A DNA stretch of 64,000 bases from Candidatus Culexarchaeum nevadense (GTDB taxonomy: Archaea > Thermoproteota > Methanomethylicia > Culexarchaeales > Culexarchaeaceae), in NCBI GenBank assembly GCA_025060975.1, contig JANZKA010000003.1:1101-65100 (forward strand), written 5' to 3'. Below are positions 29,347-39,146 of the stretch, in pieces; within the stretch, counting starts at the first letter, position 1, and the number at the start of each line of letters is the position of its first letter. The notes under the pieces are model-generated. The model searched no databases. It was given only the letters and a program-made list of their open reading frames with translations, and was not told where the DNA came from. The translations under genes and the position numbers were made by a program.

Positions 29347-30630
29347 CTAACGATTAATGAAATCCCTCAAATCCATAGAAACCCCAAACATGTTTATCTT
29401 CCCATAAACACCATCAAATCCAGGATTTATAGAATACTTACCATACCTCAAACTCTTAATGTATGATGCTATGACAGGATTAGATGCCTTCGCAATATCA
29501 TCTATTGAAGCATCAAGTAAGACATTGAATTCAGAACCAAATTTTGATACTAAATTAGCATATAAACTCCAAACTTTACCACTATTAAGCTTTGAAATAT
29601 CATCTTCACTAATACCCATACTGAAAGCTATGATAGTCTGTAGAGGTAGAACTTTAATGAATGGTATAGCGTTCTCTGGTTTAAACCCCCTCGGTCTATC
29701 AGCAAGTTCCTCAACCCTATCTTCAACCCCCTTAGTAAGCTTCCTACCACAAACTGGACATATATAATTAAGCTTCCTAGCCTCTTCCGGAGATAATGGA
29801 CCAACATTACAATTCCTATGACCAGACCAATGATACTTCCCATAAGCTGGATCAACCTCAATGGTCATTAGGAAACGCTTTGCATCTCTAGACTTTATGG
29901 CATCTATAAGCTCTAAATACTCCATTCTATCTAAATTAAATAGGCATGCCTCCCTACCAAGTCTAAATGGGTATGGAGAGTGGCTATCTGAGAAGCTTAA
30001 AATTGAGAATCTATGTAGTTGGCTAACCCGCCAATTCATTTCAGGATCACTACTTAAACCAGTTTCAATAGCATATATCTTGTCAACCATATCACCATAG
30101 CAATCCTCAATTCTATCAACACCACTAAAAGATCCAAACAAACTCCACCAAGGAGTCCAAATGTGGGCTGGAAATATAAAGCATGACTGCTCAACACCCA
30201 AAACTAAATCCACAAGTTCAGATGGATGCATATTGAAGACTGGACGACCATTAGATTCCACATCACCATAACGTGACAGGACATCTGAAAGCTGCTCAGC
30301 AACTTCAAGACTTGGCATTAAAATGACGTGATGAACCCTCCTAGATTTACCATTAAATTCGAAGACAGTTCCAACTTCACATTCAACAACAAATAGCACT
30401 TCAGGGTTAAGCCTATATGCATAGAATCCTCCACCAACATGTATAAGGTCATCCTTCAACTCCCTAAGCCAACGTGGATTTAAACAATCACCAGTTCCGA
30501 GGATCTTCAACCCTTTAATAAGAGCGTATGATACGAGGGTGGGGATATTCATCTTTTCACTTGATCCGCCACTATACTTAGAGTGTATGTGGAGATCAGC
30601 GTAAACCTTCATTCCAATAAACACTTCCAA
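29347..30630 (-). CDS. PHP-domain nuclease, endonuclease Q (EndoQ / TIGR00375)-like, with C-terminal C4 Zn finger
   Basis: The N-terminal ADLHIHSKYSGG...KGLKILGTGDCLNP PHP metal-binding start and CPVCGRK...C near the C-terminus match the EndoQ architecture (~425 aa). 427 aa. The call rests on recalled family features, not a search. Confidence 0.5.
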   Translation of the reverse strand: MEVFIGMKVYADLHIHSKYSGGSSEKMNIPTLVSYALIKGLKILGTGDCLNPRWLRELKDDLIHVGGGFYAYRLNPEVLFVVECEVGTVFEFNGKSRRVHHVILMPSLEVAEQLSDVLSRYGDVESNGRPVFNMHPSELVDLVLGVEQSCFIFPAHIWTPWWSLFGSFSGVDRIEDCYGDMVDKIYAIETGLSSDPEMNWRVSQLHRFSILSFSDSHSPYPFRLGREACLFNLDRMEYLELIDAIKSRDAKRFLMTIEVDPAYGKYHWSGHRNCNVGPLSPEEARKLNYICPVCGRKLTKGVEDRVEELADRPRGFKPENAIPFIKVLPLQTIIAFSMGISEDDISKLNSGKVWSLYANLVSKFGSEFNVLLDASIDDIAKASNPVIASYIKSLRYGKYSINPGFDGVYGKINMFGVSMDLRDFINR

Positions 30631-30671
30631 AATAATGTTTAAAATTTATACAGATAACCTTTACCAGAAAC

Positions 30672-31016
30672 CTACCCAGCACTATACACAAGTGTTTTAC
30701 GATCAGGTGATGCTAACTCATAGAATTTCGTCAAGCGTATAGCTGCCCTTGGACATATCCTCTCACACTGCCCACAGAATATACATTTATCAAGGTAGAA
30801 CACTGGAATCCTACCATTAACATTCTTGTCTGATGGAACTAGCTCAATAGCTAGTGCTGGACATTCACGGGCACATAAACCACAACCAACACATCTATCA
30901 ACATAAAATTCATGTTTCCCCCTATACCTCTCAGCAATTGGAGTTTTCTCAAATGGATACTTAACGGTTACTGGACGTTTGAATAGATGTTTAAATACTT
31001 CACGTATCATAGCCAT
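30672..31016 (-). CDS. NuoI-like 2x[4Fe-4S] ferredoxin subunit
   Basis: Two CxxCxxCxxxCP motifs (CVGCGLCARECP, CIFCGQCERICP). The true start is probably the ATG at 31016 or 31010 (ATGA overlap with the nuoH-like stop), not the upstream ATG at 31088 in the ORF track. Confidence 0.85.
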   Translation of the reverse strand: MAMIREVFKHLFKRPVTVKYPFEKTPIAERYRGKHEFYVDRCVGCGLCARECPALAIELVPSDKNVNGRIPVFYLDKCIFCGQCERICPRAAIRLTKFYELASPDRKTLVYSAG

Positions 31017-31972
31017 CTTAAACCAACCTCCACAAACCTGGTTAAAATTAATTGTAGAATTGATAATGGTATTAGATACCTCCAGCAACCTGAAACCATT
31101 TGATCAATCCTAAACCTTGCAAATAGAGATCTAATGTAAGAGCTTAATAACACTATGAAGATCATTTTCAATACAAACCATACCACTGGAGGCAGGATCG
31201 GACCACTACCACCAGCAAGGAATATTGCTGTGGCTAAACCTGAACAAAATACGAGCCTCAAATCCTCTGCAAAACGTAGAAATGCAAGTTTTGGACCACA
31301 ATACTCAGTAAGCCATCCAGCTACAATTTCACTTTCAGCTTCAGGTATATCGAAGGGGATCCTTTCAAGTTCAGCTTGCATTGAAATTATGAAGACTATG
31401 AAACCTATTGGTTGAAGCAAAATCATGGGTACAGGTTGATTCATAGATATGTAGGTTAATGATGTTGAACCAACATACACAGCAACAGAAGCTACTGAAA
31501 TGAACATTGGAATCTCATAAGCTAAGAATTGCAGTATAGCCCTAGCAGCTCCAACAGTACTAAACCTATTTGTGGAAGCCCAACCTGCAATAAAGACTAT
31601 TATGGTATATAATGTCATTAAAGTTAATAATAGCACTACATCACCCTCAAAGGATGATAGAATCGGACTTCCATCCAATGGGAGATATAGAGAAGCAAAG
31701 AATGGGATTGCCACTGCAAATATAGGTGCATTATTGAATATCAGGGTATCAACATATCTGGGCGTTATATCCTCCTTACCCATAAGCTTAATGAAATCTG
31801 CTATTGGTTGCAAAATCCCACTTGGACCAGCATATAATGGGCCTATTCTATTCTGAAACCTAGCATAAGCCTTCCTATCAATCCATTCAAATAAGAATGC
31901 AAGTATTGAGAGGAATAGTAAGCCAGGGAATATGAAGATCCTAATCAATGTGAAAACATTATCCATAGACAC
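31007..31972 (-). CDS. NuoH-like (MbhM/EchB-like) membrane subunit
   Basis: 321 aa, 8 TM helices with NuoH family signatures (FNNAPIFAVAIPFF..., E-rich loops). Confidence 0.85.
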   Translation of the reverse strand: MSMDNVFTLIRIFIFPGLLFLSILAFLFEWIDRKAYARFQNRIGPLYAGPSGILQPIADFIKLMGKEDITPRYVDTLIFNNAPIFAVAIPFFASLYLPLDGSPILSSFEGDVVLLLTLMTLYTIIVFIAGWASTNRFSTVGAARAILQFLAYEIPMFISVASVAVYVGSTSLTYISMNQPVPMILLQPIGFIVFIISMQAELERIPFDIPEAESEIVAGWLTEYCGPKLAFLRFAEDLRLVFCSGLATAIFLAGGSGPILPPVVWFVLKMIFIVLLSSYIRSLFARFRIDQMVSGCWRYLIPLSILQLILTRFVEVGLRWL

Positions 31973-33147
31973 TACACCCCCACACCATAATACTTACGAC
32001 TATAATTACGAAGCTCATCATAACTCCAAACCCACTTCTCACCCCTATTTGGATCAATGAATATAACCCTCTCAGTACAGCAATAACATGGATCTATGCT
32101 GGCAACTATTGCAGGTATATCTGCAATATGATACCCCTTCAACATCTCACAAAGGGACGGTATATTAGCCATAGTTGGAGTTCTCATTTTAGCTCTATAT
32201 GGAGTTTCCTTACCATCAGATTTCACATAATGCAATAATTCTCCCCTGGGAGCTTCAACCCTAGCAGTTGCTTCACCAACTGGTGGAATACGCTTAACCT
32301 TAACATTTATAGGTCCAGGCCTCATCTTATCCAAAGCTTGCCTAACAACACTAATGGATTCCAGAGTTTCATCAACCCTAACCATAGCTCTACCCCAAAC
32401 ATCACATGTATCATATGTTATTAAATTGAAATCTATAGTATCATATAAAGTGTATGGATCGTCAAATCTAACATCACTTTTAACATTAGATGCTCTAGCC
32501 GTTGGACCTACAGCACATAAATCTAAAGCCTTCTCAGTACTAAGAACCCCAACATCCACAGTTCTAGCTCTAATACTTGGATCCTCCTCCAAGACAGATT
32601 TATAATACTTAGTTCTTTCCTCAAGGTAATCCAAATTCCTCTTAATTATTGGAATCATTTCCGGAGTTATATCGTAAACTACTCCGCCAATACAATTCAT
32701 TGATGGTGTAACCCTATTACCACTAATCATCTCCACAAGATCCATAACCTTCTCCCTATCCCTCCAAACATACATGAAAAGTGTGTGGAAACCCAACTCC
32801 ATACCCAAAATTCCAATCCATAAAAGGTGACTGTGAATTCTGTTAAGCTCATTAATTATTATCCTAAGGTATTTAGCTCTCTCAGGGACATCAATATCAT
32901 AAAGCTTCTCCACAGCCAAACAGTAACATGTTGTATGTGGAACATTACATATACCACAAATCCTCTCAGCTAAGAATATCCCCTGAACCCATGTCCTAAG
33001 CTCCATACCCTTCTCAATACCCCTATGTACAAATCCCAGTCTAGGCTTAACATCAACTATAACCTCACCATCCAAAATGAAGTTGAATTGGAAAGCCTCC
33101 TTAATAGCTGGATGCTGTGGACCTATTGGAACTTGATAATAGCTCAA
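31972..33147 (-). CDS. NuoD homologue that retains [NiFe] ligands: group-4 [NiFe]-hydrogenase large-subunit-like
   Basis: N-terminal L1 motif ERICGICNVPH (RxCGxCxxxH) and C-terminal DPCYCCTER (DPCxxC), both intact. Bona fide NuoD/FpoD have lost these cysteines. PIGPQHP and HRGIEK core motifs are present. The start is either the ATG at 33207 (59-nt overlap with the nuoC-like gene) or, more likely, the TTG at 33147 just after the nuoC-like stop. Confidence 0.8.
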   Translation of the reverse strand: MSYYQVPIGPQHPAIKEAFQFNFILDGEVIVDVKPRLGFVHRGIEKGMELRTWVQGIFLAERICGICNVPHTTCYCLAVEKLYDIDVPERAKYLRIIINELNRIHSHLLWIGILGMELGFHTLFMYVWRDREKVMDLVEMISGNRVTPSMNCIGGVVYDITPEMIPIIKRNLDYLEERTKYYKSVLEEDPSIRARTVDVGVLSTEKALDLCAVGPTARASNVKSDVRFDDPYTLYDTIDFNLITYDTCDVWGRAMVRVDETLESISVVRQALDKMRPGPINVKVKRIPPVGEATARVEAPRGELLHYVKSDGKETPYRAKMRTPTMANIPSLCEMLKGYHIADIPAIVASIDPCYCCTERVIFIDPNRGEKWVWSYDELRNYSRKYYGVGV

Positions 33148-33148
33148 C

Positions 33149-33619
33149 CTACCCCACCTCCACCTTATAATCCTTCCTAAGTGGATAAACACCCTCAGGC
33201 CAATCATCTGGCAATATTAGTCTTTCAAGAGATGGATGACCATCAAAAATTACCCCCAAAAGATCATGAACTTCACGTTCATATAAAACAGCTCCAGGCA
33301 ATAACGGAACTATTGAGGGGATGTGTGGATTATCTCTAGAAATCCTAACTTTAACGTTTACCAGAACCCTCCGATCCAATGGAGATAAGTGATAGATCAA
33401 TTCAATAGAATCCCCAAGATCAGTTCCAGTTATAGTTGTTATATGCTTCAAATAGTATCTATCCTTCAAGTAACGTATAACATCATGAAGTATACCAGTA
33501 TCAACACTTACAAATACACTCCTAGCACCATCAAACTTGTAATCCAGAATCTTATTTGGAAATGCATTCATAAGATCCTTAACAATAAACTCCATATTGA
33601 AAGTTGACAATACATCCAC
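33149..33619 (-). CDS. NuoC-like (30-kDa / MbhK-like) subunit
   Basis: 156 aa, conserved ERE.HDL.G..F..HP motif. Confidence 0.8.
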   Translation of the reverse strand: MDVLSTFNMEFIVKDLMNAFPNKILDYKFDGARSVFVSVDTGILHDVIRYLKDRYYLKHITTITGTDLGDSIELIYHLSPLDRRVLVNVKVRISRDNPHIPSIVPLLPGAVLYEREVHDLLGVIFDGHPSLERLILPDDWPEGVYPLRKDYKVEVG

Positions 33620-33622
33620 CTC

Positions 33623-34048
33623 CTATCCAGACTTAAGTTTAGCTATAAGTTTTGCAACTGCATCTATCACCGCTTCTGGTCTAACGGGGCATCCTGGAAC
33701 ATACATGGTTACAGGTATAACCTTATCTATACCCCCCAAAACATTATAGCAACCCCAATAAACTCCACCCGAAGTAGCACATGTTCCAGCTGCAATAACA
33801 AATTTTGGGTCAGGCATCTGTTCATATATCCTCTTAAGCCTTGGAGCAACCTGCCTACTAACAGCCCCAGTAACAATCAATACATCAGCATGCCTTGGAC
33901 TCCCCTTCAAAAGTATCCCAAACCTCTCCACATCATACTTAGGGGCTAAAGCAGCTAAAACCTCAATATCACATGCATTACAAGCACCAGTACACATGTA
34001 CAATATCCACGGACTTCTAATCCTAGACCAAGCTAGAATTGAAGGCAT
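33623..34048 (-). CDS. NuoB-like (20-kDa / hydrogenase small-subunit-like) [4Fe-4S] subunit
   Basis: CTGACNACDIE ... C ... GCP cysteine pattern. 141 aa. Confidence 0.85.
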   Translation of the reverse strand: MPSILAWSRIRSPWILYMCTGACNACDIEVLAALAPKYDVERFGILLKGSPRHADVLIVTGAVSRQVAPRLKRIYEQMPDPKFVIAAGTCATSGGVYWGCYNVLGGIDKVIPVTMYVPGCPVRPEAVIDAVAKLIAKLKSG

Positions 34049-34052
34049 AAAT

Positions 34053-34391
34053 TCACCTCCTCGGAAGAATAGTTATTGCTGAAAGAACCACCGCCAAATA
34101 TATTAAGACGTAAATTATGTTTGCATTTAAAGATAAAAGCAATATGAAAGCCATCACATCAAATATGGTGAAATACAATGCATACTTGTAAAGTTGAACA
34201 TTCAACTGAATCTTCTCAGGTGGAAATCTATCAGTACCCTCACCACAAGCATAAGGCTCTAAACTCAACTCACTACGCCTAGGTGGAGGGGAAAGCCTCT
34301 TAAGAAATCTAAAGGAAACATAGCTTAACAGTAAGATTACAATGAAAATCATCAATGGTGAGAAGGCAATCTCAAACCACAACTTCAGCAC
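34053..34391 (-). CDS. NuoA-like small membrane subunit
   Basis: EPYACGEG matches the NuoA PYECG signature. 3 TM helices, 112 aa. Confidence 0.7.
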   Translation of the reverse strand: MLKLWFEIAFSPLMIFIVILLLSYVSFRFLKRLSPPPRRSELSLEPYACGEGTDRFPPEKIQLNVQLYKYALYFTIFDVMAFILLLSLNANIIYVLIYLAVVLSAITILPRR

Positions 34392-34476
34392 ACCACACTT
34401 GACAATGGATTAATAATATCAATTTAATTTATAAGTTTTAAGTTTTACTTTATTATAATTAAGAGTTCTCAATTTA

Positions 34477-35928
34477 TTGGTGAAACCCATGTCACTATCC
34501 ATGAGGGAGAAATGGTCAAAAGAGTTTGGAGAATGGTTTAGAGATGTATTAGATGAAGCTGAAATCTACGATTACAGGTATCCAGTAAAGGGATGTGGAG
34601 TATGGATGCCATATGGATTTGCCATTAGGAAGAATGTTCTAGAAGTTGTGAGGTCAATTCTAGATTCACTTGGACATGAAGAAATCCTCCTACCACTCCT
34701 AATACCAGAAGATCTATTTAAAAAGGAGGCTGAACACGTAAAAGGGTTTGAAAGACAAGTATTCTGGGTTACAAAAGGTGGAGAAACAGAATTAGATGTC
34801 AAATTGGCTTTAAGACCAACAAGCGAAACAGCCATAGGGCCAATGCTAAAACTATGGATAAAAGCCCATAGTGATTTACCCAAAAAATACTATCAAATAG
34901 TAAGCACATTTAGATATGAAACAGAAGCAACAAAGCCAATGATAAGAGTTAGGGAAATAACAACATTCAAAGAAGCTCATACAGCCCATGCAACCTTCGA
35001 AGATTCCGAAAGACAAGTAAAGGAAGCTGCTGAAGCATATAGCAGAATATTTGATGAGATAGGCATACCATACATGAGGAATAAGAGACCTGAATGGGAC
35101 AAATTTGCTGGAGCACTATATACAGTAGCCTTTGACACCATAATGCCAGATGGAAGAGTTATGCAAATAGGAACCGTACATAACCTTGGACAAAACTTTG
35201 CAAAAGCCTTCGACATAAAATATCTAACAATAGATGGTAAACAAGAATATGTTTGGCAAACATGCTATGGAATCTCAGAGAGAGTAATAGCCGCACTCAT
35301 AGCCATACATGGAGACGATAGAGGAATGATACTACCCCCAAACATAGCTCCAATACAAGTCATAATAGTTCCAATACCATACAAAGGATTTGAAGAAGCA
35401 GTTGACAAAACATGCAAGGAAATATTGAGCAAGCTACTGGAAAAAGGGGTTAGAGCCAAATATGATGATAGGGAAATAACTCCAGGAAATAAGTTTTACT
35501 ACTGGGAGAAGAGGGGGGTTCCAATAAGAATAGAAGTAGGCCCAGAAGATCTAAAGATGAACTCTGTTACCATAGCCAGGAGAGACACTCTAAGCAGAGA
35601 GAGAGTCGAAATGACTGAAGTCTTAAAGAGAGTTAATGAACTTATGGTGGAAATAATGGAGTACATTAAAAGTAGAGCATGGAGCTGGATGAAGCAAAAT
35701 ACACGTAAAGCTACAGATTACAATGAACTGAAGAATATGGCTGAAATGGGTAGAGGGGTTATAGAGGTAGATTGGTGTGGAAGATTTAAATGTGCACATA
35801 AAATAGAGGAAGATACCGACTTAAGAGTTTTGGGAGAACCATGGAATGAAGATATAGAACCTCCAGTAAAATGCATTGTATGTGGAGAAAGTGCTTGTAA
35901 GAAACTTAGACTTGCAAAAACATATTGA
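34477..35928 (+). CDS. proS: prolyl-tRNA synthetase, archaeal/eukaryal type
   Basis: Class II motifs, archaeal ProRS architecture (~480 aa) and a C-terminal Zn-binding CIVCGESAC...Y. Confidence 0.85.
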   Translation: MVKPMSLSMREKWSKEFGEWFRDVLDEAEIYDYRYPVKGCGVWMPYGFAIRKNVLEVVRSILDSLGHEEILLPLLIPEDLFKKEAEHVKGFERQVFWVTKGGETELDVKLALRPTSETAIGPMLKLWIKAHSDLPKKYYQIVSTFRYETEATKPMIRVREITTFKEAHTAHATFEDSERQVKEAAEAYSRIFDEIGIPYMRNKRPEWDKFAGALYTVAFDTIMPDGRVMQIGTVHNLGQNFAKAFDIKYLTIDGKQEYVWQTCYGISERVIAALIAIHGDDRGMILPPNIAPIQVIIVPIPYKGFEEAVDKTCKEILSKLLEKGVRAKYDDREITPGNKFYYWEKRGVPIRIEVGPEDLKMNSVTIARRDTLSRERVEMTEVLKRVNELMVEIMEYIKSRAWSWMKQNTRKATDYNELKNMAEMGRGVIEVDWCGRFKCAHKIEEDTDLRVLGEPWNEDIEPPVKCIVCGESACKKLRLAKTY

Positions 35929-35961
35929 TATGCAAAGATATATTTATTGGTAATGCAGAAA

Positions 35962-36270
35962 ATGGAGTGGTGTGAAAATTTGCCTAAAAAGAGGAAGTCT
36001 AGAGGGAGGGGGAAAGGGCAAAAAGGCAGAGAACCCAGAGTTCAATGTGATTCCTGTGGAGCATGGGTTCCAAGAAGTAAAGCTAAAAGGATAACTACAT
36101 ACGCATCACCAGTAGACCCGCAATTAGCAAAGGAATTGGAGAAGAAGGGGACTGCAATAGCAAAATACCCAGTTACAAAGACATACTGCATATCATGTGC
36201 AATATATAGAGGACTCGTAAAAGTAAGAGCTGAAGAAGAGAGGAAGATAGTTAAACCAAAAAAGACCTAA
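35962..36270 (+). CDS. rps26e: 30S ribosomal protein S26e
   Basis: PKKRKSRGRGKG...VQCDSCGAWVPRSKA...YCISCAIY matches S26e. The start is uncertain: the ORF track begins at a TTG at 35947, and ATG 35962 or TTG 35980 (giving MPKKRK) are the candidates. Confidence 0.7.
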   Translation: MEWCENLPKKRKSRGRGKGQKGREPRVQCDSCGAWVPRSKAKRITTYASPVDPQLAKELEKKGTAIAKYPVTKTYCISCAIYRGLVKVRAEEERKIVKPKKT

Positions 36271-36283
36271 ACTAACTTGAACT

Positions 36284-36871
36284 CTACTCAAATCCAAGTC
36301 CATCCATAAAATTATTAACCAACCATATACATTGACTGGAGAGATACGCTATACGGCCAAGACTCACCATTGGAACTCCCATGGAAATCAATAGTTTCTC
36401 CGAATCCCTATCTAAACCAATTTGATCCCCTAATATGAAGCAATAATCGGCACCCAACTCAAAACCATAATTCTCTATTGGAATACCATCCTCATGTAAA
36501 TAAAGCAATTTAGCACCAGAAGCCCTAATTAAATTCACCAAACTATTGAAACTCATTTTTAAAATATTAAACCCCTTGAAATATTTGCCATGCATCAAAT
36601 CTAATATTACATTAGCCACCCAAACTTCATCTAGAAGAAAACTATCAATACTAGATCCATCCACCACAATGGTTTTAGGAGGGTCAGGGGGGCCTTCAAG
36701 AACACCATAAAATACGACATTACGTCTAAACATGTCCTTATCAATGAAGAAAGCATTCAAAATACATCTACAAATAATATCAAGTCTACCACTAGAACTA
36801 GCTAAACTCCTAATGTTAAATATGGGTGCAGTAAAAGCTGTTGAAGATTTAACTATAAATATCCTCTTCAA
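36284..36871 (-). CDS. trmY: tRNA (pseudouridine54-N1)-methyltransferase TrmY (SPOUT, DUF358)
   Basis: GRLDIICRCILNAFF...VVFYGVLEG matches the conserved TrmY core. 195 aa. Confidence 0.6.
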   Translation of the reverse strand: MKRIFIVKSSTAFTAPIFNIRSLASSSGRLDIICRCILNAFFIDKDMFRRNVVFYGVLEGPPDPPKTIVVDGSSIDSFLLDEVWVANVILDLMHGKYFKGFNILKMSFNSLVNLIRASGAKLLYLHEDGIPIENYGFELGADYCFILGDQIGLDRDSEKLLISMGVPMVSLGRIAYLSSQCIWLVNNFMDGLGFE

Positions 36872-37497
36872 CTAAAACCACCACGAAGAAAGCGTACAAC
36901 CCTATAGAACCTCTCCACAACAGTCACAATAACAAGTGTTGATAGTAGGTAAATGGATAATTGAATAACACCGAAAATTAAACCAGCAGAAATTATTATT
37001 AGCCTTTCAGAACGCTCAGCTAAACCTACACCAGCCAATCGAAGCCCAAAACACTCACCCTTACACCTAATATAGCTAATCATAAATCCCCCAACTAAAA
37101 CAAGTAATCCTAGAGGTAAATCACACATACCAGAGAGAATTACTGAAGAAATTATAAGAGCATCTGAAAAGCGATCAAAAACTGAATCTAGAAATTCACC
37201 TAAACTTGAAGATGAACCAGTCATCCTAGCCACAAAACCATCCATAACATCAAAAAAACCTGAAATTAATATCAAAATCCCCCCATAAATAGCGTTACCA
37301 AAAATTATTTGGATAGAAGAGCATAATGCAAATAGTAGACCTAGAAAGGTTAGCATATTGGGAGATATATGAAGTCTAATCATAAATGAAGCAAATGGGC
37401 GGAGAAAACCCTCCAAGAAAACCCTCAACCTTTCAAGCAAAGACAAATACACCCAAACATACTTATGAGGAAATACAAAATATAAAAAGCTACACAC
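36868..37497 (-). CDS. CDP-alcohol phosphatidyltransferase (archaetidylinositol-phosphate/archaetidylserine synthase-like)
   Basis: D-G-x2-A-R-x8-G-x3-D-x3-D signature present (DVMDGFVARMTGSSSSLGEFLDSVFD). 6 TM helices, 209 aa. Confidence 0.75.
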   Translation of the reverse strand: MCSFLYFVFPHKYVWVYLSLLERLRVFLEGFLRPFASFMIRLHISPNMLTFLGLLFALCSSIQIIFGNAIYGGILILISGFFDVMDGFVARMTGSSSSLGEFLDSVFDRFSDALIISSVILSGMCDLPLGLLVLVGGFMISYIRCKGECFGLRLAGVGLAERSERLIIISAGLIFGVIQLSIYLLSTLVIVTVVERFYRVVRFLRGGFS

Positions 37498-37514
37498 AAA
37501 ATATATAAATCCAA

Positions 37515-39146
37515 ATGGAAACCCCTAATGATAATGGTGTAACCAAAATGCAAGAAATTGATGTGAAACACTGGGTAGATGTACTCGCAGAGCGTCTAGC
37601 ATCAAAAAACATAAAAGAACACGTAATAAATGGTGGAATGGCAGCTTCAGGAACAATACACATAGGTAAAACCCGTGGAGAAATATTCCTCCAAGCAGCA
37701 GTCGCCAATAGACTGAGAAAAATGAACAAAGAAGTAAAACATCTACTAGTAATATACACACAAGACCCATTAAAAGCGAAACCACCACTAATAACAAAGG
37801 AATTTGAAGAGAAATGGAGAGGTGTTAGAATACTTGATGTACCATGTCCAGTGGGATGTTGCGAAAACTGGGTTGAACACTGGATGACCCCATTCTACAA
37901 ATCATACAGGAAGTACGATCTAGGTGAAATAACTTTCGTAGAGACTTCAAAAATATATGAATCCAGAGAAATGATTGAAACCATAAAGACATACATAGAG
38001 AAGAGAGATGCTGTTAGAGAGATACTAAATAGATTTAGAGGACAAAAGTATGGAAAAGACTGGATACCATTCAAACCACTATGCCCAAAATGCAAAAACA
38101 TATCCACAACAAAAGCAGTATCAGTAGATCTTGAGGCAGAAGAGGCAGAATACGAATGTCCAAGATGTGGGAGTAATGGGGTTGTGAAATTAAATGAAGG
38201 GAAACTAGAATGGAGATTGGAATGGGCAGCTTTATGGAAAGTTCTAAATGTAACCTTCGAACCATACGGAAAAGATCATGCCGCTGCAGGAGGTAGCAGA
38301 GAAACATGCACAGCATTAGCAAAAGAGATACTTGGAATAGAACCACCAGAAGGATTCCCATACGAATGGGTATATTTAAATGGAGAAGCAATGTCAAGTT
38401 CTGGAGGCATATCCTTCGACTTCGCAGAATGGGATAAAGTTGCAGACCCACATGTGCTAAAGTACTGGTACTATGTATCAAAACCAATGACACACCTCGA
38501 ATTCTCAGTAAGCAAGATACCACAACTCTGCGAAGAATACGAGAAAGCTGAAAGAATATATTATGGATTAGAATCCTTGAAAGATAAGAAGATTGAGAAG
38601 ATAATTAAACGGAGCTATGAATTGACGCATAATGAAAAACCAAGCCCCGAAATGCCATTACAAATACCATACACATTTGCATTAGTACTTGTACAAGTAA
38701 CACCGAGTGGAGAAAAGCAAATTGAAGAAATAGTGAAGAGATTAATGAGAACTGGACACTTGAAAAGGTATCCAACAAGCGATCAAATGGAGCAAATAAG
38801 GATAGTTATGGAGCGAGCAAAATACTACATTGAAAAATATGCTCCAGAGAATCTTAAGATAAAAGTTCTAGATAAATTACCAGAAGATATTGTTGAAAGT
38901 ATAAACCCGGAAGAAAGGGAGTATCTTGCTAAGTTGGCAGATAGAATTTCAAGTAGAAGATTTACACCAAAAGAACTTGAAGCTGAAATATTAGAAATCG
39001 CAAGGGAGAAGGGGATCGATGTTAAAAGAGCATTTCAAGTAATATATAAGGTACTCATGGGAAAAGATAGTGGACCAAGACTTGCACCATTCATGTTAAG
39101 CTTAAATGAAGAATTCATAGTTAAGAGGCTAAAACTCCTAGCATGA
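37515..39146 (+). CDS. lysK: class I lysyl-tRNA synthetase
   Basis: HIGH-type motif (TIHIGK), KMSSS motif (AMSSSGG), Zn-binding CPKC...CPRC and ~530 aa length typical of LysRS-I. The start may be the internal Met (MQEIDVKHW). Confidence 0.8.
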   Translation: METPNDNGVTKMQEIDVKHWVDVLAERLASKNIKEHVINGGMAASGTIHIGKTRGEIFLQAAVANRLRKMNKEVKHLLVIYTQDPLKAKPPLITKEFEEKWRGVRILDVPCPVGCCENWVEHWMTPFYKSYRKYDLGEITFVETSKIYESREMIETIKTYIEKRDAVREILNRFRGQKYGKDWIPFKPLCPKCKNISTTKAVSVDLEAEEAEYECPRCGSNGVVKLNEGKLEWRLEWAALWKVLNVTFEPYGKDHAAAGGSRETCTALAKEILGIEPPEGFPYEWVYLNGEAMSSSGGISFDFAEWDKVADPHVLKYWYYVSKPMTHLEFSVSKIPQLCEEYEKAERIYYGLESLKDKKIEKIIKRSYELTHNEKPSPEMPLQIPYTFALVLVQVTPSGEKQIEEIVKRLMRTGHLKRYPTSDQMEQIRIVMERAKYYIEKYAPENLKIKVLDKLPEDIVESINPEEREYLAKLADRISSRRFTPKELEAEILEIAREKGIDVKRAFQVIYKVLMGKDSGPRLAPFMLSLNEEFIVKRLKLLA

